Shown here piece by piece: positions 25,783 through 30,106 of a stretch of 30,106 nt of DNA. The position numbers were made by a program, and so were the translations under genes. This DNA comes from Elusimicrobiota bacterium. Lineage in GTDB: Bacteria > Elusimicrobiota > Elusimicrobia > Elusimicrobiales > UBA9959. Each line of letters starts with the position of its first letter. Positions within the stretch are counted from its first letter, which is position 1. The notes below the pieces were generated by a model. The model did not search any database, was not told the origin of the DNA, and saw nothing but the letters and a program-made list of their open reading frames with translations. The stretch lies in NCBI GenBank assembly GCA_027340875.1, contig DAIENX010000025.1, positions 1 through 30,106 of the forward strand, read 5' to 3'.

Positions 25783-26952
25783 ATGTCAGACAACGTGCGA
25801 TCTTCGAGCGATAGGAACAAATGGATAGCCGCCGGCGCCGCGGCGGCGCTGCTGCTGGCGGCCGGCGTCTATTCCCTGAGACGGGTAGTCTCCGGTCCGT
25901 CGGAGCCACCCGTGCGCGTCTCCAGCGGCACCTTCTCCGGCAGCCTGGATTCGCTGCTGAAGAGCGAGGGGCTGGGGGACGGCGAGCGCTACAAGGTCTC
26001 GAAGCAGCTGGCTAGGGGCCTCAACCTGCGCCGCCTGCGCCCCGAGGACCCGTATTCCCTGACCTTTTCCACCTGGGGCGCGCTGCTGAAGCTGACGGTC
26101 ACGAAGGACCTTAAGGAGTACACCCTGCTGCCATCCTCGGGAGGCTATTCGCTGTCGGTGTCCTCCGTGGAGCTCACCGCGTCCTCCTTGATGGTCTCCG
26201 GAGACATCAAGTCCTCGCTGTGGGAATCCATGACGTCCAGCGGAGTTCCCGCCGCCGTGATCCTCGACTACGCCGACATCTTCTCCTGGTCGGTGGACTT
26301 CCTGACCGAGGTCCGGGACGGCGATAAATGGGCGCTTGCCTGGGATTACAAGACCGACCCGTCCGGGAAGGTCGTCTATCAGAGGATCCCCGCGGCCTAT
26401 TACCACGGCAGCGAGAGCGGCGACAAGAACGCGGCCGCCTGGGGCGACGGCTATTACGACGAGAACGGGGATTCGCTGCGCAGCATGTTCCTGCGCGCGC
26501 CTCTGCATTACCGGCGGATCTCGTCCTTCTTCACGGCCCGCCGCTTCCATCCGGTGCTCAAGATCTTCCGGCCGCATTACGGCATAGACTACGCGGCCCC
26601 TACCGGCACGCCCGTCTCGGCGATAGCCGACGGCAGGGTCGCTTACGCCGGCTGGAAAGGCCAGAACGGCCGCCTCATCATCCTCAAGCACGGCGGCGGG
26701 TACGAGAGCACGTACGGGCATCTCTCGCGTTACGCCAAGGGCGTGCGCCCGGGGGCCAGGATCTCGCAGGGGGACGTGATCGGCTACGTCGGGGCCAGCG
26801 GCCTCGCGAGCGGGCCGCACCTCGACTTCAGGCTTAAGCTGAGGGGTACCCCCCTCAATTTCCTCAAGATAAAGTACCGCGCCAGCGGCGGGATCAGCGG
26901 AAAGGCGAAAGCCGTGGTCGCGGCGGCGATCGCGGCCCTGGAGAAGATCTAG
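25783..26952 (+). CDS. Membrane-anchored M23 family peptidoglycan endopeptidase (MepM-like)
   Basis: N-terminal TM, FLRAPL..RISSFF..RFHPVLK..HYGIDYAAPTGTPV, YGHLS and GLASGPHLDF. Confidence 0.92.
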   Translation: MSDNVRSSSDRNKWIAAGAAAALLLAAGVYSLRRVVSGPSEPPVRVSSGTFSGSLDSLLKSEGLGDGERYKVSKQLARGLNLRRLRPEDPYSLTFSTWGALLKLTVTKDLKEYTLLPSSGGYSLSVSSVELTASSLMVSGDIKSSLWESMTSSGVPAAVILDYADIFSWSVDFLTEVRDGDKWALAWDYKTDPSGKVVYQRIPAAYYHGSESGDKNAAAWGDGYYDENGDSLRSMFLRAPLHYRRISSFFTARRFHPVLKIFRPHYGIDYAAPTGTPVSAIADGRVAYAGWKGQNGRLIILKHGGGYESTYGHLSRYAKGVRPGARISQGDVIGYVGASGLASGPHLDFRLKLRGTPLNFLKIKYRASGGISGKAKAVVAAAIAALEKI

Positions 26953-26957
26953 GGCCT

Positions 26958-28067
26958 TCAGCGGAAGATGCCCTGCATGAAGGGGATCAGCTCGATCGCG
27001 ATCAGCAGGATTATTATTATTTCGAGCCAGTGGCTGCGGCGGGTGTTGACCTCCCCGTGCAGGATCTGGCTGATCTGGGCCAGGGTCTCCATCTTGCGGG
27101 AGATGCTCTTCCTCCAGTCGTCGAAGTGGAACTCCAGGGCCGAGGCCCTGAACGCGACCGCCAGGTAGGGGTCGCCGACCGTCTTCAGCGAGTTCTCGAC
27201 CCTTCCCAGGAACTCGGAGAATTCCATGTACTTGCGGCTGGAGTCCTCGGCGATATCGGCGTAGACGTTCTTGAAGATGTTCGCTACGCTCTCCCTCTTC
27301 TGGTCCATCGTGTCGTAGAGCTCGTCGAGCTTCCTGCCCAGCATCTCGTCGTAGTAACGGAACTCCAGCAGGTGCGTCAGCGAGAACTCTATCACGTCGG
27401 CGACGTCGCGCTCTCCGTCAGGCTCTATCAGCAGCGCGGAGTTCCAGTCTATCACCGCCAGGTCCGAGGACGAATACTGTATCGCGCTTTCCAGTATGAA
27501 GTTGCGGGATTCCTCTCCGAGCTTCTCTCTGTCCTCGGCCAGTATCAGCGCCGCCACGTCAACGCTGCGGATGAAGTCCTTCGGGTTCTCGGAGCCGTCG
27601 GCCTTCTGTATCAGGTAGGTGATGTAGTCCTCGTAGACTTCCCATTCGGCCGGGCCGGTCATGGCGGGGAGGATCAGCTTCTTGATGGCGTCCTTCCTGG
27701 AAATGGCGAGCAACTCCACCTCGTCGGAGGCCTCCAGCTCGGCGGCCATGCGCACCAGCGACTCCCAGGAGGTGCCGGCCGGGATGGCTATCTCCAGCGT
27801 GACCGAGATGACGCCGTAGTTCCAGACGCGGGCGAAGATGCGCGCCTTCTGCCTGCCGGAGGGGAGGTCGAGCGCTTCCTCTCCAAGTCCGGCCGTCAGC
27901 GGGGACTCCCGCATTATGATAGCGCGCCGGGTGTCGGTGCCGAACTTTAGCCTCTGCGCTTTCGCTTCCGCGCTCAGCAACTGTTCCGCGCGCGGCAGGG
28001 AGATCTCCCCCGCCACGTCGAAGACGCGGTGGACCAGGATGGTGCCCTGCTGTATGGCCGTTGACAT
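26958..28067 (-). CDS. RMD1/DUF155-like protein with C-terminal TM helix
   Basis: Helical C-terminal half ending WRKSISRKMETL...RSHWLEIIIILLIAIELI, typical of the RMD1/DUF155 fold. Confidence 0.65.
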   Translation of the reverse strand: MSTAIQQGTILVHRVFDVAGEISLPRAEQLLSAEAKAQRLKFGTDTRRAIIMRESPLTAGLGEEALDLPSGRQKARIFARVWNYGVISVTLEIAIPAGTSWESLVRMAAELEASDEVELLAISRKDAIKKLILPAMTGPAEWEVYEDYITYLIQKADGSENPKDFIRSVDVAALILAEDREKLGEESRNFILESAIQYSSSDLAVIDWNSALLIEPDGERDVADVIEFSLTHLLEFRYYDEMLGRKLDELYDTMDQKRESVANIFKNVYADIAEDSSRKYMEFSEFLGRVENSLKTVGDPYLAVAFRASALEFHFDDWRKSISRKMETLAQISQILHGEVNTRRSHWLEIIIILLIAIELIPFMQGIFR

Positions 28068-28090
28068 GTTCCCCCCTCAGCCGCCGGAAA

Positions 28091-28639
28091 TTATTTCTTC
28101 GCCAGCAGCTTCTCCACCGCGGAGATTATGGGCTGATCGTACTGGGAGTCATAGCCTTCCCAGACGTCGTAGATGTCGTGGCCGGAGTTCAGCAGGTAGA
28201 TGTACGGTACGCCCTGGGTCCGGTATTTGCGTGAGATCTCGCCGCCGTTGTAGGCCAGCGGGAACGTGACTCCCAGGTCCTTCGCGAAGTTGAGCGCGGC
28301 CTTGGGACTGTCCTGCACGCAGATGCCCACCACTCCGAGACCCTTGGGGCCGTAGGCCGTATAGACCTTTTGAATGAAAGGCCCGGCCTTCCTGCAGTAG
28401 GGGCAGGTTTCGGTGAAGAACATCACGATGACGGGCTTCCCAGAGTATGCCGCGAGGTCGATCTCGCCGCCGGCGGCGCCGGGCAGACGGAAATAGGTGT
28501 CCTTCTTGACGTAGCCTTCCGCTACGTGAGCGCTGGACGACGGCGGCGTAGTGGGGGCCGCCGCCTCCTGGGCGGGCTGTTCCTTCCCGCAGGCGGCGAG
28601 CGCCATGGCGGCGGCGGTTGCTAGAAATATCTTCTTCAT
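28091..28639 (-). CDS. TlpA/ResA-family thiol-disulfide oxidoreductase lipoprotein
   Basis: Lipobox LAAC, GKPVIVMFFTETCPYC and cis-Pro motif GVP. Confidence 0.9.
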   Translation of the reverse strand: MKKIFLATAAAMALAACGKEQPAQEAAAPTTPPSSSAHVAEGYVKKDTYFRLPGAAGGEIDLAAYSGKPVIVMFFTETCPYCRKAGPFIQKVYTAYGPKGLGVVGICVQDSPKAALNFAKDLGVTFPLAYNGGEISRKYRTQGVPYIYLLNSGHDIYDVWEGYDSQYDQPIISAVEKLLAKK

Positions 28640-28675
28640 GGATATGGTCTCCTGGTGCCTGTATTTCCCTAGGGG

Positions 28676-29905
28676 TTATTTTATAATTTTCCGGAGCTCG
28701 TCCAAAATAAAATTGGCCGAGAACGTGCGGATGAAACCGCGGTCCCCGCGGAACTGCCTGCGGAAGGTGCGGCACCCGCGCGGGCCCGCGAGGCCGAAGT
28801 GGACCAGGCCTACGGGCTTGCCGGGGGCCGCGCCGTCAGGACCGGCTATGCCGGTCACCGAGAACGCGTAATCGGCGCCGAAGCGCCTGCGGGCCCCGGC
28901 GGCCATCTCGGCCGCGCACTCGGAGGACACCGCGCCGTGCCTGACCAGGGTCGAGCGCTTCACTCCCAGCAGTGCCGTCTTCGCGGAGTTGGAGTATGCT
29001 ACGCAGCTTCCCAGGAACCAGGCAGAACTGCCCGGGATATCGGTGATCAGCTTCGCGGCGAGCCCGCCGGTGCAGGATTCGGCGCAGGCCAGGGTGCGGC
29101 CGGCGGCCAGCAGCAGCTTCCCTGCCGCGGAGGCGGGCGTCTCCTCCCCGGAACCGTACAGCGCCGGCCCAAGGGCTTTACAGCAGGCCTTCTCCGCCCG
29201 GGAGACGGCCCCTTCGGAATCGTCCCCGGAGACGAGGAAATCAACCGTGCCCGCGCCGGCCAGTATCGTGAAATCCAGTCTCGGGAAGCGCGACATGACC
29301 GGCCGCAGCAGTTTCTCCGCCTGCGTTTCCCAGAGGCCGGCCGCGTGCAGTTTTACCACCCGCGCTGGGCGGAAGCGGAAAAATGAACGGATTTCCTCTT
29401 CGAGGAAGTTGGGGAACATCGGTTCCCATTCCCTGCGCGGACCGGGGAGCAGCACGAGCATCTTGCGGCGGCCGCGGGTCAGGACCTGGCCGAATGCCGT
29501 GCCGGCGGTGTTCTCCAGCGGCTTGGCCCCCTCGACGAGCAGGCACTGGTCGCGGAAATTCGGCGGCAGCTTCTTCAGTCCGTAGTTGTACGCCAATATC
29601 TTCTCGCAGCCCTTGGAGTATACGATCCTCCTGCCTAGCGCGGCGGCCGCCGCCTGGCGGGTGAGGTCGTCGAAAGTGGGGCCGAGTCCGCCGCAGGCGA
29701 CCACGAGGTCGGCCCGCCTGAGGGCGGCGGCCAGCGAATCCCGTATCCCTTCCAGACTGTCGCCCGAGGACCGCTCGCCTGTTATCCGGAAGCCCAGCGG
29801 GGCCAGTTTCTCGTGGAAAAGCGGGACGTACAGGTTCAACTTGCCGCTGAGCAGCTCCGAACCCGTGCAGACTATCTCGGCTTTTCCCTTTCCGGTGACG
29901 GCCAT
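28676..29905 (-). CDS. cinA: CinA family protein (MoCF-like ADP-ribose pyrophosphatase fused to NMN deamidase)
   Basis: GSELLSG, GGLGPTFDDLT, LPGPRRE, AESCTGG, YSNSAK, GAVS and TGIAGP. ATG 29905 was chosen because it sits just before the conserved N-terminus; upstream in-frame starts exist. Confidence 0.92.
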   Translation of the reverse strand: MAVTGKGKAEIVCTGSELLSGKLNLYVPLFHEKLAPLGFRITGERSSGDSLEGIRDSLAAALRRADLVVACGGLGPTFDDLTRQAAAAALGRRIVYSKGCEKILAYNYGLKKLPPNFRDQCLLVEGAKPLENTAGTAFGQVLTRGRRKMLVLLPGPRREWEPMFPNFLEEEIRSFFRFRPARVVKLHAAGLWETQAEKLLRPVMSRFPRLDFTILAGAGTVDFLVSGDDSEGAVSRAEKACCKALGPALYGSGEETPASAAGKLLLAAGRTLACAESCTGGLAAKLITDIPGSSAWFLGSCVAYSNSAKTALLGVKRSTLVRHGAVSSECAAEMAAGARRRFGADYAFSVTGIAGPDGAAPGKPVGLVHFGLAGPRGCRTFRRQFRGDRGFIRTFSANFILDELRKIIK

Positions 29906-30038
29906 ATGATCTACCGGCAATAAGGGTAGCATATAGCCCGTGAGGCTAGAAAGCGGCCGGCGGGAACCTGTCAAATCACTTAAGAATGTTACCGAAGGGA
30001 CCATCCCCAGGCAGTTCCTCCTTTTGATCTCTTTGCTG

Positions 30039-30106
30039 TCACCACGTCTGCATTGCTGACTCCCGGTGCAGCACTTTCTCATACACCTCAACTCCGGGAA
30101 GTTCGG
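30039..30106 (-). CDS. Possible 3' end of an upstream gene (partial)
   Basis: One minus-strand frame is open from the window edge: ELPGVEVYEKVLHRESAMQTW-stop. Too short to verify. Confidence 0.25.
   Translation of the reverse strand, partial: ELPGVEVYEKVLHRESAMQTW

Noticed and set aside
29906..30091. 61-aa N-terminal extension of cinA, including an AAGGAGG at 30017-30023 and ATG at 30004
   Set aside because: Not CinA-like, atypical codon usage and a long (12-nt) SD-ATG spacing. It cannot be fully excluded.

Overview
High-GC chromosomal window from a diderm bacterium (LolA, C-terminal-Phe outer-membrane barrel, lipoprotein signal). The gene style suggests Elusimicrobiota, but that is an unverified impression. 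Left to right: (1) a signalling cluster with a minus-strand operon REC-GGDDF cyclase > polytopic Ser/Thr kinase > CHASE2 Ser/Thr kinase (runs off the left edge and is missing from the ORF track), divergent from an excisionase-type HTH-REC regulator; (2) a near-consensus sigma70 promoter driving a ~55-nt hairpin with a C-rich loop and U-tract (candidate sRNA), then a TPR protein and a DUF2723/TMEM260-like membrane glycosyltransferase; (3) a housekeeping run rpsO-pnp-accB-wHTH-ftsK-lolA-pgsA-pgpA-YjbH-like gene; (4) an uncharacterised three-gene operon, the best candidate for a novel system, encoding an outer-membrane beta-barrel and two secreted proteins that share an NTF2-like module, with an internal terminator before the last gene; (5) glutamine synthetase and an M23 peptidase; (6) cinA, a TlpA-type lipoprotein and an RMD1/DUF155-like gene. 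I saw no rRNA, tRNA, CRISPR array or mobile element. All family assignments come from motif recognition by eye, not database searches.
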